From NCBI GenBank assembly GCA_030445865.1, contig JASUSV010000004.1:10061-74060 (forward strand): 64,000 nt of DNA. Direction: 5' to 3'. This stretch comes from Clostridia bacterium (GTDB taxonomy: Bacteria; Bacillota; DSM-521; Neomoorellales; Neomoorellaceae). The notes below the pieces were generated by a model, which did no database searches, was not told where the DNA came from, and worked only from the letters and a program-made list of their open reading frames with translations. The number at the start of each line of letters is the position of its first letter. The first letter of the stretch is position 1. The translations under genes and the position numbers were made by a program. Positions 54,158 to 62,391 of the stretch are shown one piece after another.

Positions 54158-55435
54158 TTGCTTACCGTTACGTTATTTTTAATTTTTATTTTCCTCTTTT
54201 TGCTTAACGTGCCTATAGCTATTTCTCTTGCCTTATCAACCGTAATAATCCTCTCATTGAGCGGGGATTTTAGCCTTTATATGGTCATGCAGAGAATGGT
54301 GGCCAGCCTGACCAACCCGGCGCTTATGGCCATCCCCGGCTTTGTCTTCGCCGGCGTTATCATGTCGCGGGGCGGGATTGCCAAGTATTTAATTGACGCG
54401 GCCAATGCCTGGCTTGGCCATTTAAAAGGCGGCCTTTCCATTGTTACCGTCTTGACCTGCATGATCTTTGCCGCCATCTGCGGATCCAGCCCGGCTACGG
54501 CAGCAGCCATAGGCTCGATAATGATACCTGGGATGGTGCGCTCCGGCTATGATAAGATTTATGCCATGGGCCTGGTAGCTGCTTCCGGTACTTTAGGCAT
54601 CCTTATACCTCCGAGCATACCCATGGTCCTTTACGGCGTAACCGCCGAGGAGTCCATCGGCCAGCTTTTCATGGCCGGGGTTATTCCCGGCATTATTTTG
54701 GGCTGCGTTTTAATCTTGACGGCTATAATTTATGCCCGCAAGCGCAACTACGGCGGGCTGCCAAAACAATCTAGCCGAGAGCGCTGGCTGGCGACGTTTA
54801 AGGCCCTCCCGGCCCTCTTTTTACCCTTCTTAATTTTAGGCTCCATATACTTGGGGGTCGCCACGCCGACGGAAGCGGCCATGATCGCCTCGCTTTACGC
54901 TATCCTGGTTTCCGCCTTTCTCTACCGGGAACTGCACCTGAGGGACATCCGGGATATATTGAAGGAAAGTGTTTCGACTACCTCCATGATTTACCTGATC
55001 ATCTCTGCGGCCATGGTCTTCGCCCTTTATTTAACTAATGAGCGCGTGCCCTGGATGGTTTCCGAATGGATTGCGGCCCGTAAAATTCCGGTTTGGATGT
55101 TTTTCTTCATTACCCAGCTGATGTTTTTTATCATGGGAACTTTTCTAGAAGCTGCTTCCATTATTTTGATTACCTTACCGATACTTTTACCCATTATGAA
55201 GGGGTTGGGTATCGACCCTATCCATTTTGCCGTAGTCATGACAGTAAATATGGAGCTGGCGCAGATAACCCCGCCCGTAGGCCTGAACCTTTTTGTGGTC
55301 TCAAGCATAGCAAAAGAACCCTTAGAAAAGGTTATTCTAGGGGTTCTACCTTTCATTATGATTATGATTGCCGTACTAATAGTGTTTGTTGCCCTGCCCC
55401 AACTTTCTTTATTCCTCCCCCAGCTCATGTACTAG
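54158..55435 (+). CDS. dctM: TRAP transporter large permease (DctM)
   Basis: It is a 425-aa polytopic protein with DctM-family sequence. Confidence 0.88.
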   Translation: MLTVTLFLIFIFLFLLNVPIAISLALSTVIILSLSGDFSLYMVMQRMVASLTNPALMAIPGFVFAGVIMSRGGIAKYLIDAANAWLGHLKGGLSIVTVLTCMIFAAICGSSPATAAAIGSIMIPGMVRSGYDKIYAMGLVAASGTLGILIPPSIPMVLYGVTAEESIGQLFMAGVIPGIILGCVLILTAIIYARKRNYGGLPKQSSRERWLATFKALPALFLPFLILGSIYLGVATPTEAAMIASLYAILVSAFLYRELHLRDIRDILKESVSTTSMIYLIISAAMVFALYLTNERVPWMVSEWIAARKIPVWMFFFITQLMFFIMGTFLEAASIILITLPILLPIMKGLGIDPIHFAVVMTVNMELAQITPPVGLNLFVVSSIAKEPLEKVILGVLPFIMIMIAVLIVFVALPQLSLFLPQLMY

Positions 55436-55603
55436 ATGATGGCAATCTATACCAGCAAGGCGCTCATGCCGCCCGGGCAGCACCAGCAGGAGGATGAAAA
55501 TGCAATGTTAGCTTCATTTTTAAGGTAGTACCCTGTGGCCGGCAGGACCGACCACCTGCGGCCCATGGAAACGGAAGGCGATATAGTTTAGGGGGGCTAA
55601 GAA

Positions 55604-56947
55604 ATGCAAGAAGCTATAGCCGATTTTATTTTAAGACCTCCCGGTTTCCCTGCGGAGGCCTTGGACCGGGCCAAGTTCCATATTATCGATACTATAGGCG
55701 TAATGCTGGCCGGCAGCCGGGATGAGGTAGGTAGGGCAATAAAAACCTACCTGGAGCAAATAGGTAGCGCCGGGAAGTCTACCGTGCTCGGCTGGGGCCT
55801 AAAAGCGCCCCCTCCCGAGGCGGTGCTGGCCAACGCTACCCTGGCCCACGCCCTGGATTACGACGACTCTTCCTGGCGGCTGATCGGCCACCCCAGCGCC
55901 GTGGTGTTGCCGGCGGCCCTGGCGGCAGCCGAGATGGTAGGCGCGTCAGGCGCTAAATTGCTGCGCGCCTACTTAATAGGTACCGAAATTTCCTGCAAAT
56001 TGGGAGTACTTGCCGAGCCCGAGCTTTACGAAAACGGCTGGCATGCAACCAGCATCGTGGGCGTGTTCGGCGCCACCTGCGCGTGCGCCTATTTGTTCGG
56101 CCTGGATAGGGAACAAATTATCCACGCCCTGGGCATGGCGGCCTCCTCAGCTTCCGGCCTGCGCCAGAACTTCGGCACCATGACCAAGCCGCTCCACGCC
56201 GGACTGGCGGCCCGGGGTGGCGTCACGGCGGCTTTGCTGGCCCTAAATGGTTTTACCGCCAGCCATGAGGCTTTATGCGGTAAGTGGGGGTTTTTTGCTA
56301 ATTTTGCCGGCAAAAAAGATGCCGACGCCGCCCAGCTCAATCTAGGTCAGCCCTGGGACATCCTGGAGCCGGGGTTTTCGGTTAAGCTCTACCCTTCCTG
56401 CGCGGCCAGCCACACGGCCATCGATGCCGTGCTTGAGCTTAAGAACGAATATGGCTTTACCGCCGGGGATGTTGTCAGGGTTGAAGTAGGGGGAGGGCCG
56501 GTAGGGCCGATGATGCTCTTCCACCGGCGACCGGCAAAAGGGACGGAGGGCAAGTTCTGCATGCCGTTCCTTATCTCTGTGGCTATTATAGAAGGCAGGG
56601 TGGGGCTCGATGCTTTCAGCGATGCTTGCGTTAACAATCCTGCCGTCCAGAGCTTGATGGAAAAGGTTGAGTTCGGCGTTGATCCTCAATTTGTGAGCCG
56701 GTCCATAGACGACGCCCCTGCGCTGGTGAAGGTGCACTTGCGGGACGGGCGGGAGTTGAGCAGGCTAGTCGAGCAGCCTAGGGGGAGCCCGACCGAACCG
56801 CTGGGCCGGGAGGATTTTATCGCCAAGTACCGCGACTGCGCGGAGAGGGTTTTGCCGGCGGAAAAAGTGGAAAGTTCCCTGGGGCTCATACTCAATCTGG
56901 AGGAAGTAAATGATCTGGGCACTTTGATCGGAGAATTATGCCTTTAA
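55604..56947 (+). CDS. MmgE/PrpD family protein (2-methylcitrate dehydratase superfamily; specificity unknown)
   Basis: The length is 447 aa and PrpD-family blocks are present (HALDYDD, GWH, KPLHAG, YPSCAASH). Confidence 0.82.
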   Translation: MQEAIADFILRPPGFPAEALDRAKFHIIDTIGVMLAGSRDEVGRAIKTYLEQIGSAGKSTVLGWGLKAPPPEAVLANATLAHALDYDDSSWRLIGHPSAVVLPAALAAAEMVGASGAKLLRAYLIGTEISCKLGVLAEPELYENGWHATSIVGVFGATCACAYLFGLDREQIIHALGMAASSASGLRQNFGTMTKPLHAGLAARGGVTAALLALNGFTASHEALCGKWGFFANFAGKKDADAAQLNLGQPWDILEPGFSVKLYPSCAASHTAIDAVLELKNEYGFTAGDVVRVEVGGGPVGPMMLFHRRPAKGTEGKFCMPFLISVAIIEGRVGLDAFSDACVNNPAVQSLMEKVEFGVDPQFVSRSIDDAPALVKVHLRDGRELSRLVEQPRGSPTEPLGREDFIAKYRDCAERVLPAEKVESSLGLILNLEEVNDLGTLIGELCL

Positions 56948-57038
56948 AAGCAGAAAACGCGAATGCCCCGGTGGTATTGCAGGTTTTTCTTGCTCCTCCT
57001 TGGGAAAAATGTTATTATTTAGACAAGGGGGGGTTGGC

Positions 57039-57467
57039 ATGCCTGAAGAAGCTAAGAAAGAAATAGCCGCTGGCGCTGATGAGCAAATCTTAGGAAGAGG
57101 TTTTGACCCTTTTGTCTATATAATTCAGCAGCTCACCAACATGGATGCTCGCTATGAGGCCCGTTTCGACCGGATTGAGACGAGGATTGATAAGCTCGAT
57201 AATAAGATCGATACTCAGATAAATGCCCTGCGCCAGGAAATGCAGGAGAATATTACTGCCCTGCGCCAGGAAATGCAGCAAGGCGATGCTGCCCTCCGTC
57301 GTGATATGCAGCAGGGTGATGCTGCCCTTCTCCAAGCGGTACAATCCCTGCAGCAGGAGATGCGGAGCATACAGAGATGGTCTATGGGGAGTTTACTGGC
57401 CGTTGTTGTAGGTCTGGGCGGAGTCATCGCCTCTTTTCTTGCCATATTGGCCAGGCTCCCTCAATAA
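57039..57467 (+). CDS. Coiled-coil protein with C-terminal membrane anchor and 11-residue tandem repeats (function unknown)
   Basis: The ATG at 57039 follows GGGGGG. The repeat region is ALRQEMQENIT/ALRQEMQQGDA/ALRRDMQQGDA/ALLQAVQSLQQ, and the C-terminal TM helix is LLAVVVGLGGVIASFLAIL. Confidence 0.65.
   Translation: MPEEAKKEIAAGADEQILGRGFDPFVYIIQQLTNMDARYEARFDRIETRIDKLDNKIDTQINALRQEMQENITALRQEMQQGDAALRRDMQQGDAALLQAVQSLQQEMRSIQRWSMGSLLAVVVGLGGVIASFLAILARLPQ
57225..57356 (+). repeat. Four tandem 33-bp in-frame repeats
   Basis: The units are 57225-57257, 57258-57290, 57291-57323 and 57324-57356, the last being degenerate. The first two share GCCCTGCGCCAGGAAATGCAG exactly. Confidence 0.8.
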
Positions 57468-57589
57468 GGGATTCTCGCAATAGAGAGACGTGTAGGTTAA
57501 ACCGCTGTGGCGGCTTAATCTTTAAGACTAAAAACAGCCTGGACCGTCCTTCTAAACATTGGGCGGCAGCGGGTACTTGCTGTAATCGG

Positions 57590-57622
57590 CCGTTGTGGAA
57601 GCTGCCGGTTTTTTGGTATAAT
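57590..57622 (+). promoter_or_regulatory. SigA-type promoter candidate for the asp23 operon
   Basis: The extended -10 TGGTATAAT (TATAAT at 57617-57622) has a TTGTGG-like -35 about 18 nt upstream. Confidence 0.4.
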
Positions 57623-57651
57623 ATAGAAGTTATGGAAGGGGGCAGGTTAAA

Positions 57652-58050
57652 ATGCAGGCGGACAGCGAAAAAGAAGTTAAAACCGAAAAAGGCTCCATCA
57701 AGATCGCCGATGAGGTTGTGGCCGTAATTGCCGGCCTGGCGGCAACGGAGATCGAAGGCGTGGCCGGTATGAGCGGCGGCCTGGCCGGCGGCATAGCCGA
57801 GATGCTGGGGCGGAAGAACTTGGCCAAAGGGGTAAAAGTTGAGGTAGGCGAGAAAGAGGCGGCAGTAGATGTCTTCATCATCGTCGAATACGGGGTGCGG
57901 ATTCCGGAAGTAGCATTTAAGATACAGGAAAGCGTGCAAAAAGCCATTGAAGCTATGACGGGACTGAAAGTGGTGGAAGTTAACGTCCATGTCCAGGGCG
58001 TGGCCTTCCCCCAGGAAACGGGAGCCGAAGAGACGAGCAGGGTGCGCTAG
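57652..58050 (+). CDS. asp23: Asp23/Gls24 family envelope stress protein
   Basis: GSIKIADEVVAVIAGLAATEIEGVAGM is present. Confidence 0.88.
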   Translation: MQADSEKEVKTEKGSIKIADEVVAVIAGLAATEIEGVAGMSGGLAGGIAEMLGRKNLAKGVKVEVGEKEAAVDVFIIVEYGVRIPEVAFKIQESVQKAIEAMTGLKVVEVNVHVQGVAFPQETGAEETSRVR

Positions 58051-58063
58051 GCAGGTGTAAAGG

Positions 58064-58612
58064 GTGAATGTTTGGGAAAGGGCCCTCCTGGCCCTCTACA
58101 TATTTGTCACCGGGCTCGCAGCCCTTTTCTTTTTAACCGTAGCCGCCGGCTGGCAGCTAGCTTTAAACTACCTGCAACTGGTATTAAGCTGGCCCGACTA
58201 CCGCTTGATTTTAGGCGTTGCTTCAGGCATAGTATTTTTAGTTGCGGCGCGGTTTTTATGGGCCGGCCTGGCCATTTTGCGCCCCAGGTCGGACTCTGAC
58301 CAGGCTTTAATCCAGACTACGGATTTGGGCGAAGTCCGCCTTACCATGCCTGCTCTTGAGAGCATGGTCGTCCGGGCGGCCAGGCAAATAAAGGGCATAC
58401 GCGAGGTAAAAGTACGGTTAAAAGTGCTGCCGGGAGGCCTGGCGGTCATGCTGGAGCTAACGGTCTTGCCGGACCGCAGCTTGCCGCCGCTAGCTCAGGA
58501 AGCGCAAGAAGCCGTACGGCGCTACCTGAGCGAGATCGCCGGTTTGGAAGTATTGGAGGTACGCGTGCTGGTTAGCGGCCTCACTCCCGAAAGCATCCGC
58601 CGGGTGGAATAG
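58064..58612 (+). CDS. amaP: Alkaline shock response membrane anchor protein AmaP-like
   Basis: Two N-terminal TM helices are followed by an Asp23-like C-terminal region, and the gene follows asp23. Confidence 0.7.
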   Translation: MNVWERALLALYIFVTGLAALFFLTVAAGWQLALNYLQLVLSWPDYRLILGVASGIVFLVAARFLWAGLAILRPRSDSDQALIQTTDLGEVRLTMPALESMVVRAARQIKGIREVKVRLKVLPGGLAVMLELTVLPDRSLPPLAQEAQEAVRRYLSEIAGLEVLEVRVLVSGLTPESIRRVE

Positions 58613-58627
58613 GCAGGTGGCAGAGCG

Positions 58628-58846
58628 GTGGATAGGGAGCAGATTTTCGGGATTTTGCGAGAACACCGCGGCAAGGTGTTGGGGATGCTCTGCGGCCTTA
58701 TCTTCGGGCTGATGACGGCTTTTTTGGGTTTTGGTAAGGCCCTCTTTATCGCCTTTTGCGTGACCGCAGGGTACTTCATAGGCCGGCGCTGGGATGGGCG
58801 GCAGGGGTTTCAGGATTTGCTTGACCGTTTATTCCGAGGGAGGTAG
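58628..58846 (+). CDS. Small integral membrane protein (DUF2273-like)
   Basis: It is a 72-aa two-TM protein in the conserved position between amaP and nusB. Confidence 0.65.
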   Translation: MDREQIFGILREHRGKVLGMLCGLIFGLMTAFLGFGKALFIAFCVTAGYFIGRRWDGRQGFQDLLDRLFRGR

Positions 58847-58849
58847 ACC

Positions 58850-59290
58850 TTGAGCAGGCGGGCAGCCAGAGCCAAAGCTTTGCAAGCTCTTTTCCAGGTA
58901 GATCTGGGGCATGTTGAACCCGAGCAGGCCCTTGCATATGTTTTCGAAGAAGAAGCTCTTCCGCCCTCTGCGGCGGAATTTGCCAGGCGGCTGGTCTACG
59001 GTAGCGCCGGCCAAATGGGAAAACTAGATGCTATTATCGAGCGCTATGCTATAGGCTGGCGGGTGGAGCGTCTGGCGGCCGTGGACCGGAATATCCTGCG
59101 CCTGGCCCTTTACGAAATGCTCTACCTTAAAGGTGAAATACCACCGTCGGTAACCATTAATGAAGCCGTGGAACTGGCCAAGACTTTTAATGATGATGAG
59201 GCGGCGGGTTTTGTAAATGCCCTGCTCGATAGTGTGCGGAAAGACTTGGAAGCCGGAATCCTGGCATATCCAGGCGAGAGGGAGAGCTGA
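58850..59290 (+). CDS. nusB: Transcription antitermination factor NusB
   Basis: [27 protein letters not shown] is present. Confidence 0.92.
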   Translation: MSRRAARAKALQALFQVDLGHVEPEQALAYVFEEEALPPSAAEFARRLVYGSAGQMGKLDAIIERYAIGWRVERLAAVDRNILRLALYEMLYLKGEIPPSVTINEAVELAKTFNDDEAAGFVNALLDSVRKDLEAGILAYPGERES

Positions 59291-60267
59291 TGGGTTTAAG
59301 CCTGGGGCTGGATACGAGTTGTTACACCACTTCGGTAGCCGTTGTCGATGAGCAAGGAAAATTGCTTTTTGAGCACCGCCAGCTGCTTAAGGTGCCCGTG
59401 GGCGAACGGGGACTGCAGCAGTCTATGGCGGTGTTTCAGCATGTGCAAAATTTACCGGTAATTATTCCCAGAGCTTTTGAACATATCAATTCGCGGGAAG
59501 TGAAGGTAATCGCTGCTTCTGTCAAGCCCCGTCCCCTGCCCGGCTCCTACCTGCCGGTTTTTGTAGTAGGCGAAGCCCTGGGCCGCAGCCTGGCCGCAGC
59601 CCTGAGAGTGCCTTTTCGGGGAGTATCTCACCAGGAAGGCCACCTGGTGGCCGGCCTGTGGTCGGCCGGAGCGGTGCCCCGGGGAGACTTTCTTGCCGTG
59701 CATTTGTCCGGCGGCACTTCGGAAATTTTATTAGTCAAATTACAGGGCGACAGTTGGGCCATTCAAAAGCTGGGGGGCACCAAGGACCTGCACGCCGGCC
59801 AACTGGTGGATCGCGTTGGCGTGCGTTTGGGCTTGCCTTTCCCGGCGGGGCCGCATTTAGAAAAGCTGGCCTGGGAAGGCGAGGGCAAGATACGCTTGCA
59901 CTCGTGCGTACGCGGTTACGACTTTAGCTTTTCGGGCCCTGAGGCCCAGGCGCTGCGTTTTATAGAGGCGGGAACAGAGCCCGCCGAAGTGGCCTGGGCA
60001 GTAGAACAATGTATTGCTAAAACCTTGGAGCGGGTCTTGCGCCGGGCGGTGGAGGAGTATGGCTTAAAGGATATTCTCATCGTCGGCGGTGTGGCGGCCA
60101 ATGAACACCTGCGCCGGCGCCTGGTTGCGCGCCTGGAGCACCGGGCCGTAGGCGCACGTCTTTATTTTGCCCGGCCGGAGCATACCACCGATAATGCCAT
60201 CGGTGTGGCCCTACTGGGATTGGGCTGGGGTACGGCGCAAATCCGGCAAGAAAAGAGCCAGTATTAA
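59290..60267 (+). CDS. Kae1/TsaD-family (ASKHA fold) protein, divergent paralog
   Basis: LGLDTSCYTTSVAVV..HQEGHL..HLSGGTSE..VGGVAAN is present. Confidence 0.7.
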   Translation: MGLSLGLDTSCYTTSVAVVDEQGKLLFEHRQLLKVPVGERGLQQSMAVFQHVQNLPVIIPRAFEHINSREVKVIAASVKPRPLPGSYLPVFVVGEALGRSLAAALRVPFRGVSHQEGHLVAGLWSAGAVPRGDFLAVHLSGGTSEILLVKLQGDSWAIQKLGGTKDLHAGQLVDRVGVRLGLPFPAGPHLEKLAWEGEGKIRLHSCVRGYDFSFSGPEAQALRFIEAGTEPAEVAWAVEQCIAKTLERVLRRAVEEYGLKDILIVGGVAANEHLRRRLVARLEHRAVGARLYFARPEHTTDNAIGVALLGLGWGTAQIRQEKSQY

Positions 60268-61386
60268 GGCCAGGACAGGGATGGCGGCCATGAGGGAGAG
60301 GGTGAAGGGCACGCCCCACCTATCGGCTATGGCCCCCAGGAAGGTCACGCCGACGCCGCCGGTGCCGATGGCAAAGCCGATCATTAACCCCGAGGCCATG
60401 CCTACATATTGGGGCAGCAGGGCTTGTGCCATAACGATGGTGGTGGCAAAAGTTGAAATTAGGAAAAATCCGGAGATAGCGATTACGGCCACCACCCATG
60501 CCCCCTGGGCGCGGGGAAATATTAAGACCAGGGGTATCATTACGGCCATAGACAAAAGAATCATCTTTTTCGGGCCCCAGTAATCGGCAGCGCGGCCGCC
60601 CAGGAGGGTCCCTAGGGCGCCGCTAATCAAAAATATAGATAGCAATGTGCTGGCAAAAGTTGGATCACCGTGCAGATAATTTACGTAGTATAATGGTATA
60701 TAGTTGGTCAGGCCGGCGTGAAGCCAAGAGCGCAGTATTACTATCGTGATTAGGAGCACTAGGCCCCCCAGATGGGCATTTGCCTTAACTTCTTTTTGCC
60801 GGGTTAGAGTATACTCGGCGGCCTCGCGCGCGGCTATTACCCTGGCGATGGCCGGCAGGGAAAGCCAGAGTAGCAGGGCCGTAAGGGCTGCCGGCAGTAT
60901 AAGCAAGGGCGAGGCTTTAAGACCGCCGTAGCTTAAAATTGCGCCGGCTATGAGCGGCCCTAAACCGAAACCCAGGTTCCCACCGACGGAAAAAATGGCC
61001 ATAGAGCTGGCCTGTAGGCGGCCGCTGGCAAAGTGGGCCGTTTTGGAGGCTTCGGGGTGGTAAGAGGCTATACCCAGGCCGCTTATCAGGACGGCCAAGA
61101 GCAAACTCCAGAAGTTGGGAGCCAGTCCGGCCAGGGCCATGCCCGCCCCGGCCAGAAATACGCCTGCCGGCAGGAGCCAGCGGTTGCTGGTGCGGTCGCT
61201 CCAGTAGCCGAAAAGAGGTTGGATTACCGAGGAGCTTATGTTCGAGGCCATGACTACTACGCCTACGGCCATGTAGGACAGGCCCATTTGTTCCTTTAGT
61301 ATGGTAAGAAAGATGGGCAAGAGCCCCTGGTTGATATCTGTTACCATATGGCCGAAGCTCAAAAGAGCTAGGATGCGTTTTTGCAA
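60211..61386 (-). CDS. MFS transporter
   Basis: It is a 391-aa protein with about 12 TM segments and typical MFS loop motifs. It is the only well-supported gene on the - strand. Confidence 0.85.
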   Translation of the reverse strand: MQKRILALLSFGHMVTDINQGLLPIFLTILKEQMGLSYMAVGVVVMASNISSSVIQPLFGYWSDRTSNRWLLPAGVFLAGAGMALAGLAPNFWSLLLAVLISGLGIASYHPEASKTAHFASGRLQASSMAIFSVGGNLGFGLGPLIAGAILSYGGLKASPLLILPAALTALLLWLSLPAIARVIAAREAAEYTLTRQKEVKANAHLGGLVLLITIVILRSWLHAGLTNYIPLYYVNYLHGDPTFASTLLSIFLISGALGTLLGGRAADYWGPKKMILLSMAVMIPLVLIFPRAQGAWVVAVIAISGFFLISTFATTIVMAQALLPQYVGMASGLMIGFAIGTGGVGVTFLGAIADRWGVPFTLSLMAAIPVLALILALFLPDLRRTPAQSQ

Positions 61387-61551
61387 AGCTTGAACACCTC
61401 TTTGGAATTTAATTCTAATAATAAATCCTGTTAAATCTTAGATCAAGATAAAAACCCGGCTAAAAGGCGCCGTTTTTAGCAGGAAATTATTTTTAAATAG
61501 CGAACTTAGACCTAGTTAAGCTTCTTTGCCAAAGGAGGGTTTTCTCAGCAA

Positions 61552-62391
61552 GTGTATCGTATAGTTAATAAAAAACCCCTAGCTACGAGCATCCACCTTA
61601 TGGAAATCGAAGCCCCCGAAGTAGCGGCCAAGGCTTTGGCCGGCCAGTTCGTAATCCTGCGCGCCGATGATTGCGGGGAGCGCATCCCCTTGACCATAGC
61701 CGATTACGACCGCCAGCGGGGCACGATTACCACCATCTTTCAGGAAGTCGGCTTCACTACCAGGAAACTGGCCACTTTGCGTGCGGGCGATTATTTGGCG
61801 GACTTTGTCGGCCCGCTGGGGCAGCCGACGGAAATCGAAAATTATGGCCGGGTGGTTTGCGTCGGCGGTGGCGTGGGCGTGGCCCCCGTTTACCCTATCG
61901 CGCGGGCCCTTAAGGAAGCCGGCAACGAAGTGATCGCCATCATCGGCGCCCGCACTAAAGAACTATTGATCCTGGAAGAAGAAATGCGGGCCGTATCTAA
62001 CGAGCTCCTGGTGGCCACCGACGACGGCTCCTACGGGCATCACGGCTTTGTCACCGACGTCTTAAAACAGGTCTTGACGGAACGGCGCGGCATAGCCCGC
62101 GTCTGGGCGATCGGCCCGGTAGTTATGATGCGGGCCGTAGCCGAGACGACCCGGCCCTTCGGCGTGCCGACTATCGTCAGCATGAACCCCATTATGGTGG
62201 ACGGCACGGGTATGTGCGGCGCCTGTCGGGTGAGCGTCGGCGGCGAAACCAAATTTGCCTGCGTTGACGGCCCGGAATTCGACGGCCACCAAATCGACTG
62301 GCAACTGGCCATACGGCGCCTGAATATGTACAAAGAAGAAGAACAGCGGGCCTTGGAGGCCCAGACAGGAGGTGGTTGCCGGTGCCGGTAA
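61552..62391 (+). CDS. nfnA: NfnA-type subunit (FAD/[2Fe-2S]; sulfide dehydrogenase beta / PyrK-like) of NADH-dependent ferredoxin:NADP+ oxidoreductase
   Basis: It is PyrK-like. RIPLTIADYD and the C-terminal Cys cluster CGACRV..C are present, and it is coupled to a GltD-like gene. Confidence 0.82.
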   Translation: MYRIVNKKPLATSIHLMEIEAPEVAAKALAGQFVILRADDCGERIPLTIADYDRQRGTITTIFQEVGFTTRKLATLRAGDYLADFVGPLGQPTEIENYGRVVCVGGGVGVAPVYPIARALKEAGNEVIAIIGARTKELLILEEEMRAVSNELLVATDDGSYGHHGFVTDVLKQVLTERRGIARVWAIGPVVMMRAVAETTRPFGVPTIVSMNPIMVDGTGMCGACRVSVGGETKFACVDGPEFDGHQIDWQLAIRRLNMYKEEEQRALEAQTGGGCRCR

